From assembly GCA_025359005.1 (NCBI GenBank), contig JANYHP010000425.1, forward strand, positions 1-36,664: DNA of 36,664 nt, written 5' to 3'. A program made the position numbers and the translations under genes. This DNA comes from Hyphomicrobiaceae bacterium (lineage in GTDB: Bacteria; Pseudomonadota; Alphaproteobacteria; Rhizobiales; Hyphomicrobiaceae). The notes under the pieces are model-generated. The model saw only the letters and a list, made by a program, of their open reading frames with translations, made no database searches and had not been told where the DNA came from. Position 1 is the stretch's first letter. Every line of letters begins with the position of its first letter. Shown here one piece after another: positions 8,875 to 17,820 of this stretch.

Positions 8875-9408
8875 ATGAAAACCACAGCGATTCGTATCAT
8901 CGGCATCGATCCTGGCCTCCGCCGCACCGGTTGGGGTGTCATCGAATCCGACGGCGTCCGCCTCTCCTATGTGGCCAGCGGCGCGATCACCTCGGACGCC
9001 GACGATATGCTGGCGGTTCGCCTCGCCGATCTCTTCCGCGGCCTCGGCGCAGTGCTCGCCGAGTATGCGCCGCAGGAAGCCGCCGTCGAAGAAACCTTCG
9101 TCAACGAGAACGCCAAGGCCACCCTCAAGCTCGGCCAGGCCCGCGGCATCGCCATGCTGGCGCCGGCCATGAAGTCGATCCGCGTCGCCGAATACACACC
9201 AAATCTCATCAAGAAGACCGTCGTCGGCGCCGGCCATGCCGAGAAAAAGCAAGTGCAGATGATGGTGCAGATGCTGTTGCCCAAGGCACGCTTCGGGACC
9301 GCCGACGAAGCTGACGCGCTTGCCATCGCCATCTGTCACGCCAATCATCGCTCGAGCCCGCACGCGCTTGCCCTCGCCCAGCGCGTCGCACTGGCCGAAG
9401 CGCGCTGA
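8875..9408 (+). CDS. ruvC: Crossover junction endodeoxyribonuclease RuvC
   Basis: [17 protein letters not shown] at the N-terminus, the [22 protein letters not shown] region and [13 protein letters not shown] are canonical RuvC motifs. Confidence 0.93.
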   Translation: MKTTAIRIIGIDPGLRRTGWGVIESDGVRLSYVASGAITSDADDMLAVRLADLFRGLGAVLAEYAPQEAAVEETFVNENAKATLKLGQARGIAMLAPAMKSIRVAEYTPNLIKKTVVGAGHAEKKQVQMMVQMLLPKARFGTADEADALAIAICHANHRSSPHALALAQRVALAEAR

Positions 9409-9435
9409 CATCGAGCGCACTGGAGACCGCAGACC

Positions 9436-10056
9436 ATGATCGGCAAGTTGCGCGGCAAGGTGGATGCGGTGGGCGAAAGCCATCTCATTCTGGACGTGGG
9501 CGGTGTCGGCTACGAGGTGCTCGCCTCGGCGCGCACGCTGCGCAATCTCAAGGCCGGCGACGAGGCGTCCCTCACCATCGACACGCACGTGCGCGAGGAC
9601 AGCATCAAGTTGTATGGCTTCACCAGCGAGGTGGAACGCACCTGGTTCCGCACGCTCCAGACCATTCAGGGCGTTGGCGCCAAAGTCGCCCTCGCAGTGC
9701 TCGGCACGCTGTCACCGCAAGATCTCGCTAACGCCATCGCGCTAGCCGACTGGCAGGCCGTCGAACAGACGCCGGGCGTCGGCAAGAAACTCGCGCTCCG
9801 CGTCGTCGCCGAACTGAAAGACAAGGCACCGGGCCTCGCAGTCGGCAGCCTCCCCATGCCCGCCGGTACAGCGCTGGCGTCCGACACCACGTCCACCGTC
9901 GGCAACGCGCCCGCTGAGGCGATCTCGGCGCTTACCAACCTCGGCTATCAGCCCCATCAAGCGAGCCAGGCCGTCGCCGTCGCCATGAAAGACCTCGGCG
10001 ATGGTGCCGAGTTAGCCAAACTGATCCGCCGCGGTTTGCGCGAACTCGCGCGATAA
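9436..10056 (+). CDS. ruvA: Holliday junction DNA helicase subunit RuvA
   Basis: MIGKLRGKV...GGVGYEV at the N-terminus, the HhH region ([29 protein letters not shown]) and the position directly after ruvC identify it. Confidence 0.93.
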   Translation: MIGKLRGKVDAVGESHLILDVGGVGYEVLASARTLRNLKAGDEASLTIDTHVREDSIKLYGFTSEVERTWFRTLQTIQGVGAKVALAVLGTLSPQDLANAIALADWQAVEQTPGVGKKLALRVVAELKDKAPGLAVGSLPMPAGTALASDTTSTVGNAPAEAISALTNLGYQPHQASQAVAVAMKDLGDGAELAKLIRRGLRELAR

Positions 10057-10064
10057 GCCGCGCC

Positions 10065-11534
10065 TCACTTCTGCAGCGCAGGCGGCGTCACCTGCATCGG
10101 CGGCAGCCCCGACCCTTGCGGCTTCATCATCTCGAGGAAGCGCTTCTCTGTCTCCTCCGCGCTCAATTGCGGCGCAACGCTGGCCACCGGCTTGTCCAGC
10201 AGATGCGTCAGCGCCGGATTTGCCAGCACGAGCGCCAACACCAGCACTTGGGCTGCGAGAAATGGCGCCAGCGCCGCAATCGTCGCGCCAAGCGTCGCCC
10301 CTGTCCGCAGATTGGCGCGCGCCAGCACCAGCGCCGCGCCGAACGGCGGCAACAGAAAGCTCGTCTGCAACACCAGCAGGATCAGCACACCAACCCAAAC
10401 CGCGTCCGGCGCCCGCATCAACAGCGGCGGCGCCAGCACTGGCACCACCACGAAGATGATCTCGAACGCATCCAGCGCCAGCGCAGAAAGCGCGATGGCC
10501 GCAAGCCCCACGGCAATCACCGTGGCCGGACCACCGGGCAACCCCGTGATCGCCGCCTCGACCAGCTTGTCGGTACCGAGCAACCGCAGCACCAGCGTGA
10601 ACGTCGTTGCCGCCAGCAGGGGCGCGAACAGCACGCCGGTGCCCACCAGCGTCTCCGACAGCACACGACCGAGTTCGCCACCGCTGAGCCGGCCGCGGAT
10701 CGCCGCCCACACGAACAGTGCCACCACCCCCGCCGCCGCCGCCTCCACCGCGTAGAACGCGCCCGCAGCGACCCCGCCGAGCAGGCCGCCGATGGCCGCA
10801 CACGCCGCCGCCGCCGTGATCCAATCACGCCCCGTTGGCCGCGGCACGACGCCCGACGTTCGCGCAGACCGCCGCCCCAACAGTGCCGCCACGCCGATTG
10901 CCAGCACCACGAACAACGCCGCCGCCGGCAACGCACCCCGCATCAAGTCCTGCGTGTTGACGATGCGGTCGCGGGCGCCGGTCGCATTCGACGCGATCGT
11001 GTGCGCGGTGAGCAGCGCGTCGCCGAGCAGGATCAGCACCAGCGAGGGCGGCACCACCACGCCGAGTGTCCCCGCAACCGCGATCATCGCCTCGCGCAGC
11101 GCGCCACTCACACCAGCATCCGCCAGCCGCGGGCCGACCGTGCGCGTCATGGCCAGCACGCTGGCGCCGACCGAACCGTTCATGGGGCCCAGCAACGCAC
11201 CCAAACCGATCCCGGCCACCAGCGGCGCGCGCGGGCCACCACCCGCGAGTGCTGCGAAACTCCGGAAGATAGCTTCCGCCAGGCCGAGCCGGTCGAGCAG
11301 CGCGCCCATCAGCAGATAGAGCGGCAGCGCCTGCAGCAGATCGCTTTCCAGCAGATTGATCAGCCGCCCCGGCAAAGCGCCGAGCAGATCGAGCGTGACC
11401 ACACCACTCACCAGTCCGGCCAGCGCTCCAACCATCGCCGCCAGGAGCAGCGCCAGATAGGCGGGAATGCCCGTCGCCAACACCGTGACCGCCACCAGCC
11501 CCAGCAGCACCAAACCGAATGCAGCAACGCTCAT
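10065..11534 (-). CDS. dctM: TRAP transporter large permease subunit (DctM family)
   Basis: Polytopic 489-aa protein with DctM-like segments (LPLYLLMGALLDRLGLAEAIF, GPMNGSVGAS, VVPPSLVLILLG). Its ATG overlaps the dctQ stop in an ATGA (11531-11534). Confidence 0.82.
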   Translation of the reverse strand: MSVAAFGLVLLGLVAVTVLATGIPAYLALLLAAMVGALAGLVSGVVTLDLLGALPGRLINLLESDLLQALPLYLLMGALLDRLGLAEAIFRSFAALAGGGPRAPLVAGIGLGALLGPMNGSVGASVLAMTRTVGPRLADAGVSGALREAMIAVAGTLGVVVPPSLVLILLGDALLTAHTIASNATGARDRIVNTQDLMRGALPAAALFVVLAIGVAALLGRRSARTSGVVPRPTGRDWITAAAACAAIGGLLGGVAAGAFYAVEAAAAGVVALFVWAAIRGRLSGGELGRVLSETLVGTGVLFAPLLAATTFTLVLRLLGTDKLVEAAITGLPGGPATVIAVGLAAIALSALALDAFEIIFVVVPVLAPPLLMRAPDAVWVGVLILLVLQTSFLLPPFGAALVLARANLRTGATLGATIAALAPFLAAQVLVLALVLANPALTHLLDKPVASVAPQLSAEETEKRFLEMMKPQGSGLPPMQVTPPALQK

Positions 11535-12013
11535 GACCCGGTGTCCGATCGCGCCCGCTTGAGATCCACGACCGCCTGCGTCAGCACCAGCAGCATCAGC
11601 AGCGCCAGCGCCGCCTTCAACACGAAATAAGCGGGGTTGCCGGTATCTGGAAATCGCTCCAGCCCCGCCACGGAGGCAGCGATCGGTCGCGCCCCCGCGT
11701 AAAGAACGAACAGCGCCCACGGCACCAGCGCAAACAGCGTTGCCAACGCCGTCAACCGCCTTCGCGTCTTGGCCCGCAACCTCTGCGCAAAAGCATCGCT
11801 CGCCAGATGCGCGTTGGCCCGCGTTGCCGCCACCACGCTCGCCGCCACGAACAGCGCGAACAGCCACTGTCCGATATCGTTGGCCTCCCGCGACCAGGCC
11901 CTGATAACCTCGCGCAACGGCCATTGCAGGAACAGCAGCGCCGCCACCGGCAACGCCAGCCAGCGCATCGCCGCCAACAGCCCTGCGACGCCCCGATCAC
12001 ACAATCGTTCCAT
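11531..12013 (-). CDS. dctQ: TRAP transporter small permease subunit (DctQ family)
   Basis: 160 aa with four hydrophobic segments, a 4-nt overlap with dctM, and typical DctQ size and position. Confidence 0.72.
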   Translation of the reverse strand: MERLCDRGVAGLLAAMRWLALPVAALLFLQWPLREVIRAWSREANDIGQWLFALFVAASVVAATRANAHLASDAFAQRLRAKTRRRLTALATLFALVPWALFVLYAGARPIAASVAGLERFPDTGNPAYFVLKAALALLMLLVLTQAVVDLKRARSDTGS

Positions 12014-12039
12014 GCCGATGCCCCTGCTTCAGCCCCCGG

Positions 12040-12426
12040 CTACCGTGCCCGCTCGATCGTCACCCGGCTGACGACCTGCCCCGTTGCCAGGTCCAAAATC
12101 GTGATTGCCGCGCCGCCGCCGGCCATGCTGTGGCTGACGGCGACCCGCGTCCCCGACAGGCTCACTTGGCTGATCTCGGCGCCCGCCGGCAGCGCCAGCC
12201 GCACGTCGCCCAACAGCGCCGGCGCCACCGCGGATGCCTGCGCCACTGCCGTCCCTTGCGTTCCCGAGCCCCGCACGAGATAGATGACCCGCCCGATCAA
12301 TAGTACGACGCCAGCGATCAGGATCGCCGTCATGCCGACGATAGCGCGGCGCAGCAGACGAACCTGTCGGTCGGAGAGTAGAGCGCCCGCTTGCGGATCA
12401 GGCGTTCCTTGAGAGGGGATGGTCAT
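12040..12426 (-). CDS. Hypothetical bitopic membrane protein
   Basis: One TM segment (AIVGMTAILIAGVVLLIGRVIYLV) is followed by a ~80-aa beta-rich domain. The stop lies 26 nt upstream of the dctQ start. Either the ATG at 12426 or the GTG at 12441 could be the start. Confidence 0.45.
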   Translation of the reverse strand: MTIPSQGTPDPQAGALLSDRQVRLLRRAIVGMTAILIAGVVLLIGRVIYLVRGSGTQGTAVAQASAVAPALLGDVRLALPAGAEISQVSLSGTRVAVSHSMAGGGAAITILDLATGQVVSRVTIERAR

Positions 12427-12465
12427 GCTGGTTTGCAACACTCAGTTTTTCGAAACTCGGACACC

Positions 12466-13485
12466 ATGACGACCTTTCCGGACGACAAGCACGTCACCGT
12501 TGAAGACGCCGACGCCGGCCGGCGCCTGGACGTGGTGCTGGCGCGCGCCTTGCCGGACGTTTCGCGCGCCCGCCTGCAGGCGCTCATCCGGGCCGGCGCG
12601 GTCATGCGGCCTGATGGCTTAACGATAGAGGGGCCAAACAGCAGGGTCAAACCCGGCGAGCACTATCTGATCCGTGTACCTGAGGCCGTGGCGCCCGTTC
12701 CCGTCGGCGAGGCCATCGCGCTGAGCATCGTGCACGAGGACCGCGCCGTCATCGTCATCGACAAGCCGGCCGGCCTGGTGGTCCACCCAGCCGCCGGCCA
12801 CGCCACCGGCACCTTGGTCAACGCGCTGATCGCCCACTGCGGCGACAGCCTGTCCGGCATCGGCGGCGTCCGGCGGCCCGGCATCGTCCACCGGCTCGAC
12901 AAGGACACCAGCGGGTTGATGGTGATCGCCAAGACGGATGCCGCCCATCAGAGTCTCAGCGCGCAATTCGCCGCGCACGGCGCCGACGGCCGCCTCGAGC
13001 GCGGCTACGCGGCATTGGTCTGGGGCATTCCAACCCCCCCGGCCGGCCGCGTCGAGACGTTCCTTGGGCGCAAAGCCAACGACCGGACGCGCATGGCCGT
13101 CGTCCGCCAAGACCACGGCCGCCACGCAGCGACCCGCTATCATGTGGCCGAAACCTATCCAGCCAGCCATCCCGAACGCAGTCCGGCCCCGACCGCGCTG
13201 GTTCGCTGCACCTTGGAAACCGGCCGTACCCATCAGGTGCGCGTCCACCTCGCCCATCTCGGCCATCCCCTGCTCGGCGACGCCACGTATGCGACTGGCT
13301 ATAAGACCCGCATCCCCAAGCTCGGCGCAACAGCTCAGTCCGCGTTGAAGGCTCTCGCGCGTCAGGCCCTGCATGCTGAACTGCTGGTCTTCGAGCATCC
13401 CACCAGCGCCAAGAGCCTCCGGTTCATCTCGGCCCTGCCGCCCGACATTGCCGACTTGCGAGCGGCGTTGGAGCGCGGCGACTGA
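12466..13485 (+). CDS. rluD: RluA-family 23S rRNA pseudouridine synthase (RluD-like)
   Basis: An S4-like N-terminus (GRRLDVVLARAL) is present, together with the catalytic HRLDKDTSGLMV motif and the RTHQVRVHLAHLGHPLLGD motif. Confidence 0.87.
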   Translation: MTTFPDDKHVTVEDADAGRRLDVVLARALPDVSRARLQALIRAGAVMRPDGLTIEGPNSRVKPGEHYLIRVPEAVAPVPVGEAIALSIVHEDRAVIVIDKPAGLVVHPAAGHATGTLVNALIAHCGDSLSGIGGVRRPGIVHRLDKDTSGLMVIAKTDAAHQSLSAQFAAHGADGRLERGYAALVWGIPTPPAGRVETFLGRKANDRTRMAVVRQDHGRHAATRYHVAETYPASHPERSPAPTALVRCTLETGRTHQVRVHLAHLGHPLLGDATYATGYKTRIPKLGATAQSALKALARQALHAELLVFEHPTSAKSLRFISALPPDIADLRAALERGD

Positions 13486-13660
13486 GTCCGCTGGCCCTTT
13501 CCATGTCTTTAGGGAGAGGCAATTTTGCAACAATCGCATATAATCGACCATCGGCCCTTGGCTGTCATCGCAACGCCATCCATGTCTGTGACGCGGTTCT
13601 GTGCTGATGGGTCGCAAGCCCATCACTCCCGAGATCGCCTGCCAATCCACGGAGTTGCCC

Positions 13661-14161
13661 ATGCCCCGTCGCATTATGCACCGAGCAAGCGTGGCCGCGA
13701 CGGCCACCGCTTTGATTACGCTTTCGTCCCTTTCACTCGGCTACGCCGAGGCGGCTGGCGCCTTTGCCAATTTCACCGGCTCCTGGTCCGGCGGCGGCAA
13801 GATGCATCTTGAAGGCGGTCGCACCGAGCAGCTCCGCTGCAAGGCCTACTACAGCGACAAGAGCGGCGGCACGGCTCTTGGTATCTCGCTCCGCTGCGCC
13901 AGCAGCGCCAGCAAGGTGGAGCTGCGCGCCAACCTCGTGGCCAGCGGCACGCATGTCACCGGTGATTGGGAGGAACGGCAGTTCAATGTCGCCGGACGCG
14001 CCAACGGCTCCGCCAGCGGCAACCACATCTCACTCGCCATCAACGGCGGCGGGCTCACAGGCTCGATGTCGGTGACGACCAACGGCAAGACTCAGACGGT
14101 CTCTGTGTCTGCCGAGAACGTCGCCCTGAAGGGCCTGCAGATCGCCCTCGCGCGGGACTGA
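13661..14161 (+). CDS. Exported hypothetical protein
   Basis: RBS 'ggag' lies at 13651 and the ATG at 13661. The signal peptide reads ...ATALITLSSLSLGYAEA|AG. The mature part is beta-rich with two Cys. No family recognised. Confidence 0.5.
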   Translation: MPRRIMHRASVAATATALITLSSLSLGYAEAAGAFANFTGSWSGGGKMHLEGGRTEQLRCKAYYSDKSGGTALGISLRCASSASKVELRANLVASGTHVTGDWEERQFNVAGRANGSASGNHISLAINGGGLTGSMSVTTNGKTQTVSVSAENVALKGLQIALARD

Positions 14162-14172
14162 CGAGGCGCACC

Positions 14173-14209
14173 AAAAAAAACGCCGGACGCCTGGGGAGGG
14201 CGTCCGGCG
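14173..14209 (-). terminator. Rho-independent terminator of the RTX gene; the hairpin is shared with the convergent + strand gene
   Basis: An 11-bp perfect stem cgccggacgcc(14181-14191)/ggcgtccggcg(14199-14209) is followed on the minus strand by an 8-nt U-run (A-run at 14173-14180 on the + strand). Confidence 0.8.
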
Positions 14210-14253
14210 CACGTTCATGCGCCGCCCGATTCGGGGCGGGCAGCGCACGAAAA

Positions 14254-15663
14254 TCAAACCAGCAGCATGCCCGCCTTGAGCAGGTCGGCGGCGGTGGTGT
14301 TGTGCACACCTTCGAGCACCGCGACGTCGACAAAGCTGCCACCGACCTTGGCCCACAAGTGTGATCCCTCGGCCGAGTCGACGAGCTTGACGTTCCCGGC
14401 ATTGGCCGCCTGGCTACCCTGGAAGAGCGCGTGCAGATCAAGCACGTCGTGGCCGTTGCCGAAGTCCTTGATGGTGTCGATGCCGGTGCCGACATCCTTC
14501 TTGCCCCACACGAACGTATCGTCGCCGGCGCCACCGAACAGCGTGTCGGCGCCCTTGCCGCCGCGGAGGATATCGTTGCCGGCCCCGCCGTCGAGAGCAT
14601 TGTTGCCCTTGTCGCCGATCAGCACGTCGTTAAAGGCACTGCCGCGGACTGCTTCGACGCCTGAGATGGTGTCGCTGCCGAAGCCGGTCGCAGTGTGCGC
14701 ATTGAGATTGACGTGCACGCCGTTGGTGGCGTTGGCGAAGTCGATCGTGTCGTAACCAGCCCCGCCCACCACCGTGTCGTTGCCGCCGCCGGCAAAGATA
14801 TAATCGTTACCCGCGCCGCCATTGACATGGTTGGTGCCCGTGCCGCCGTTGAGCACGTCGTCGCCCGTGCCGCCGAACAGCGTGTCGTTGCCGGCGCCGC
14901 CGTTGATATGATCGCGACCCGACAGGCCGATCAGCGTGTCATCGCCTGCGTTGCCGTTGATGGCGTCGTTATAGTCGTGCGCGCCGTGGCCGCCCTGGGT
15001 CGCATGCGCCATCATCGTTGCATTGGCCGTGCCGATGTCGATGGTGAAGTTGGCGTCGTGGAAGTTCTGGTCGCCGCCGTTCAGCAAATCTTCGAACGCG
15101 ACATGCATCTGCCCGGTGACGGGGTCCGTTGTCACCTTTGCGTGCTGGAAGCCATCGACGTTGTCGTTCGTGTTGGTGGTGAACAGGTTCGTCCAGTATT
15201 CGGTATGCACGTTCGACCACTGGTCGTTGGACGAGTGGAACGCCAACTGCATCGGCTGGCCCGAGTTCACGTTGGCCGGCGCGCCGTCGGAGGTGTTGAC
15301 GAGATGGAACGAACCGCCGTCCTTCATCATGCCCGCGATATCGGATTGACCGGCAGCGTTAGGCGCCACGAAGAAGCCGATGTGCTGGCCCGCTTTCAGC
15401 GCCATATCGAATGCAGACGGCCCACCCGCCACACCGCCGGCCGAAACGTTGCTGAACAGCAGCTGCGTCGAGGTGATTTTTCCCGTATCGTCGTAGGTAT
15501 ACATGCCAACGGTGTTGTGATAGCCGGCGCCAGAGCCGTCAAAGTGCACGTGCGCGGTCACGCTTTGGTGGATTGTCATCTTGTCGAGCGCGACCGACTG
15601 CGAGCGATTGCCCGCGTCGCCGATCAGCGTGTCGTTGCCGTTTGTGCCTTGAAATACTGCCAT
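14254..15663 (-). CDS. Secreted Ca2+-binding RTX protein with an N-terminal DUF4114-like domain (predicted T1SS substrate)
   Basis: About ten GGxGxDxL/I nonapeptides are present ([36 protein letters not shown]..., [26 protein letters not shown]). The N-terminal domain carries DUF4114-like marks ([45 protein letters not shown]). The C-terminus ([21 protein letters not shown]) resembles the T1SS C-terminal target domain. There is no N-terminal signal peptide. The ATG at 15663 has a GGAG RBS. Confidence 0.82.
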   Translation of the reverse strand: MAVFQGTNGNDTLIGDAGNRSQSVALDKMTIHQSVTAHVHFDGSGAGYHNTVGMYTYDDTGKITSTQLLFSNVSAGGVAGGPSAFDMALKAGQHIGFFVAPNAAGQSDIAGMMKDGGSFHLVNTSDGAPANVNSGQPMQLAFHSSNDQWSNVHTEYWTNLFTTNTNDNVDGFQHAKVTTDPVTGQMHVAFEDLLNGGDQNFHDANFTIDIGTANATMMAHATQGGHGAHDYNDAINGNAGDDTLIGLSGRDHINGGAGNDTLFGGTGDDVLNGGTGTNHVNGGAGNDYIFAGGGNDTVVGGAGYDTIDFANATNGVHVNLNAHTATGFGSDTISGVEAVRGSAFNDVLIGDKGNNALDGGAGNDILRGGKGADTLFGGAGDDTFVWGKKDVGTGIDTIKDFGNGHDVLDLHALFQGSQAANAGNVKLVDSAEGSHLWAKVGGSFVDVAVLEGVHNTTAADLLKAGMLLV

Positions 15664-15834
15664 TTCACTCCGCACGTCCCGTGCGGCTCCCTGATCTGTC
15701 TTCGGTCTCGTTGCTGACGCCTGCTGGTGCCGGCGCTCCGTGCTCAGTCATACCTATGAAGTATCGAGGAAGTGCCCTATGCGGGTCGCTGCATTTGCAG
15801 CAATTGCCGGGCACTTCCTTAACGTTTGCGCGCC

Positions 15835-17268
15835 TTACCAGGCGATGCCCTGGTAGCCGGCGTTGTCGACCGGCAGCACCTTGTAGAGACGTGCCAAGTC
15901 GATCACCGGCTGGCCCGGACGACGGGCCTCGATCGCGCGGCGGAACTCGTCGGTGGCGTGACTGACGACGATGACATCAGCATTCGCGCAGAGCGTATCG
16001 GCGTCGGCGAGGCACATGCTTTCCATGCCGTCCATCACCCGCGCCTGGCTCGGGCAGGCGTGACGCACGTAGGCGATCTGGCCCAACAGGTTGTCGTTGA
16101 AGCGGAGGTTGGGATCGTAAACCTTGAGGCTCGCACCCTTGGCTTCCAGCATCGCCATCAATTCCAATGTGGGGCTTTCACGCAGATCGTCGGTGCCTGG
16201 CTTGAAAGTGACGCCGAGGAAACCGATGCGCTGTGCGCCGCGATCATCCATCAGCGCTTCGACGAGACGCGCGGCTTCGGCGATGTGGCGCTGATTGGTA
16301 ACGCCGAGCGATTGGATCAGCGGCAGATCGCAATCCTGCGCTTCGGCCAGATGAGCCACAGCGCGTACTTCCTTCGGCAGGCAAGAGCCGCCGAACGCGA
16401 AGCCGGGCTTGAGGTAATAAGGCGACAGGTTGAGCTTGGTATCGGTGACGAAGATGTTCATCACTTCGTGGCTGTCGATGTCGAGCGACTTGCAGAGACG
16501 GCCGATCTCGTTCCCGAACGCCACTTTCGTCGCGTGCCAGACGTTATCGACGTACTTGACCATTTCCGCGCCGGCGATCGAACAGAACTGGATGTTCTTG
16601 TCGACGGCCCCATAGATGCGCGACACGATCTCTTCGGTGCGCTTGTCCGAGGCGCCAACGACCGTTTTCGGTGGCGCGTAGAAATCGGCGACGGCGACGC
16701 CTTCGCGCAGGAATTCCGGATTGAACGCGATGCCGAAATCGAGGCCGAGCTTTTTGCCCGAGGCCGCAGCCACTTCGACGGCGACGCAATCGAGCGTGGT
16801 GCCGGGCGGTACCGAGCAACACAGCACGACGACGTGGAAGCCCTCTTTCATGGCCAGCGCCTGGCCTATGGCGCGGCTGGCCTGGCGCACGTAGGTGAGA
16901 TCGCAGCTACCGTCCGGCGCGGTCGGCGTGCCGACCGAGAGGAACGTCACGTCGGTGCCGAGCACGGCGGCAACCAGGTTCTGCGTCGCATCGATGCGAC
17001 CGAGACGGACTCCTTCGGCGAGCAGCTCGCCCAAGCGCTCTTCGACGATCGGCGAACGCCCTTCCTTAACGGCACGCACCTTCTCGAGGCTCACATCGAC
17101 GCCGGTCATGGAAAAGCCGAGATGGGCGAGGCATGCGCACGAAACGGCACCGACGTATCCAAGGCCGATCACCGAGATCGACGGCTTGGCTGCATCTGCG
17201 GTGGTGTTGATTGTCTGCTGGATGGACTGGCCGGCGTTGGCGCCGAATTGCTGATGCACGAGATTCAT
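15835..17268 (-). CDS. algD: GDP-mannose 6-dehydrogenase-like nucleotide-sugar dehydrogenase (AlgD-like)
   Basis: The Rossmann N-terminus ISVIGLGYVGAVSCACLAHLGFSMTGVDVS..KV..V..GRSPIVEE.LGELL resembles P. aeruginosa AlgD (GLGYVGAV...GVD...G.SPIVEPGL). The catalytic Cys region is FGGSCLPKEV. It lies next to an Alg8-like gene. UDP-glucose dehydrogenase cannot be fully excluded without a search. I prefer the start at 17268, which has a GGGAG RBS. Confidence 0.75.
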   Translation of the reverse strand: MNLVHQQFGANAGQSIQQTINTTADAAKPSISVIGLGYVGAVSCACLAHLGFSMTGVDVSLEKVRAVKEGRSPIVEERLGELLAEGVRLGRIDATQNLVAAVLGTDVTFLSVGTPTAPDGSCDLTYVRQASRAIGQALAMKEGFHVVVLCCSVPPGTTLDCVAVEVAAASGKKLGLDFGIAFNPEFLREGVAVADFYAPPKTVVGASDKRTEEIVSRIYGAVDKNIQFCSIAGAEMVKYVDNVWHATKVAFGNEIGRLCKSLDIDSHEVMNIFVTDTKLNLSPYYLKPGFAFGGSCLPKEVRAVAHLAEAQDCDLPLIQSLGVTNQRHIAEAARLVEALMDDRGAQRIGFLGVTFKPGTDDLRESPTLELMAMLEAKGASLKVYDPNLRFNDNLLGQIAYVRHACPSQARVMDGMESMCLADADTLCANADVIVVSHATDEFRRAIEARRPGQPVIDLARLYKVLPVDNAGYQGIAW

Positions 17269-17820
17269 TTCACTAAAACTCCCGAAATCCCCGTGGCCGC
17301 GCATGTGGCGACCGTTTGACACGTTCGAGACCGGGCCTGCACCCCTGGCGCGTCCCTTTGCGGGATCTCGCCGTTGCCGCGCTTGCCTTCCGAAGTCGGC
17401 CGCGCGGCATGTCGCTCGAACAAGGACACCATCTCAGGAAAAGCTCTGCGATCGCTGAAGCGAACCGATCAAATTGCTCCTATCTCGCTTTTTCCAAAAG
17501 TGATGTTGGATCGAGTCCTTCGTGCGAGCGTTCCAAAAGCCTTGTTTTCCCGGCAGCCTGAGCGCTCTTTGAACGCGAGGTCTATCCAGGGTCCACCCGG
17601 GCAAAAATTGGAAACAAATGCCGAAATCAGCGGCCTTGTTTCGACTGGGGAGGATCAGCGATACTTGGTCAGCGCGAATGCGCGCGGCCAAAATTCCGGA
17701 AGAACAAAAAGGGCGGAGAGCGCCGTACCGCGGGTCGCTTCAAAGCGGCACAGCCGCTTGCAAACCTTACACCACGTCATCAGGTAACGGTGGAATTGAA
17801 ACGCCGGCGCCGCGCACGCG

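Noticed and set aside
8722-9588. Upstream two-thirds of the 401-aa minus-strand ORF overlapping ruvC
   Set aside because: It is antisense to a clearly recognisable ruvC. Only the last 112 codons, which have their own GGAGG RBS and TM segments, look genic.
10116-11630. 504-aa + strand ORF (and the 270-aa and 139-aa minus-frame ORFs) overlapping dctM
   Set aside because: The composition is extreme in Arg/Gln/His/Pro (RRRQHWHHHEDD...), which is not protein-like. The DctM frame explains the region.
13516-13544. A sigma70 promoter based on a perfect TATAAT at 13539-13544, upstream of the exported-protein gene
   Set aside because: At the correct 17-bp spacing the -35 position reads 'gaggca'. The nearby 'ttgcaa' is only 8 nt away. 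Evidence is insufficient to annotate a promoter.
14254-15663. Calling the RTX protein an AlgE-type secreted mannuronan C5-epimerase
   Set aside because: The N-terminal domain is DUF4114-like. It shows no epimerase A-module hallmarks: I cannot find the YG(F/I)DPH(D/E)-type motif, and it is too short for the ~385-aa beta-helix. Only the RTX analogy holds.
15826-17319. 497-aa ORF on the + strand, almost exactly mirroring the AlgD-like gene
   Set aside because: It is an antisense shadow ORF of the kind typical of high-GC DNA. The translation is Arg/Ala/Gly/Asp-rich with no motifs or RBS, whereas the minus-strand product has clear dehydrogenase motifs.
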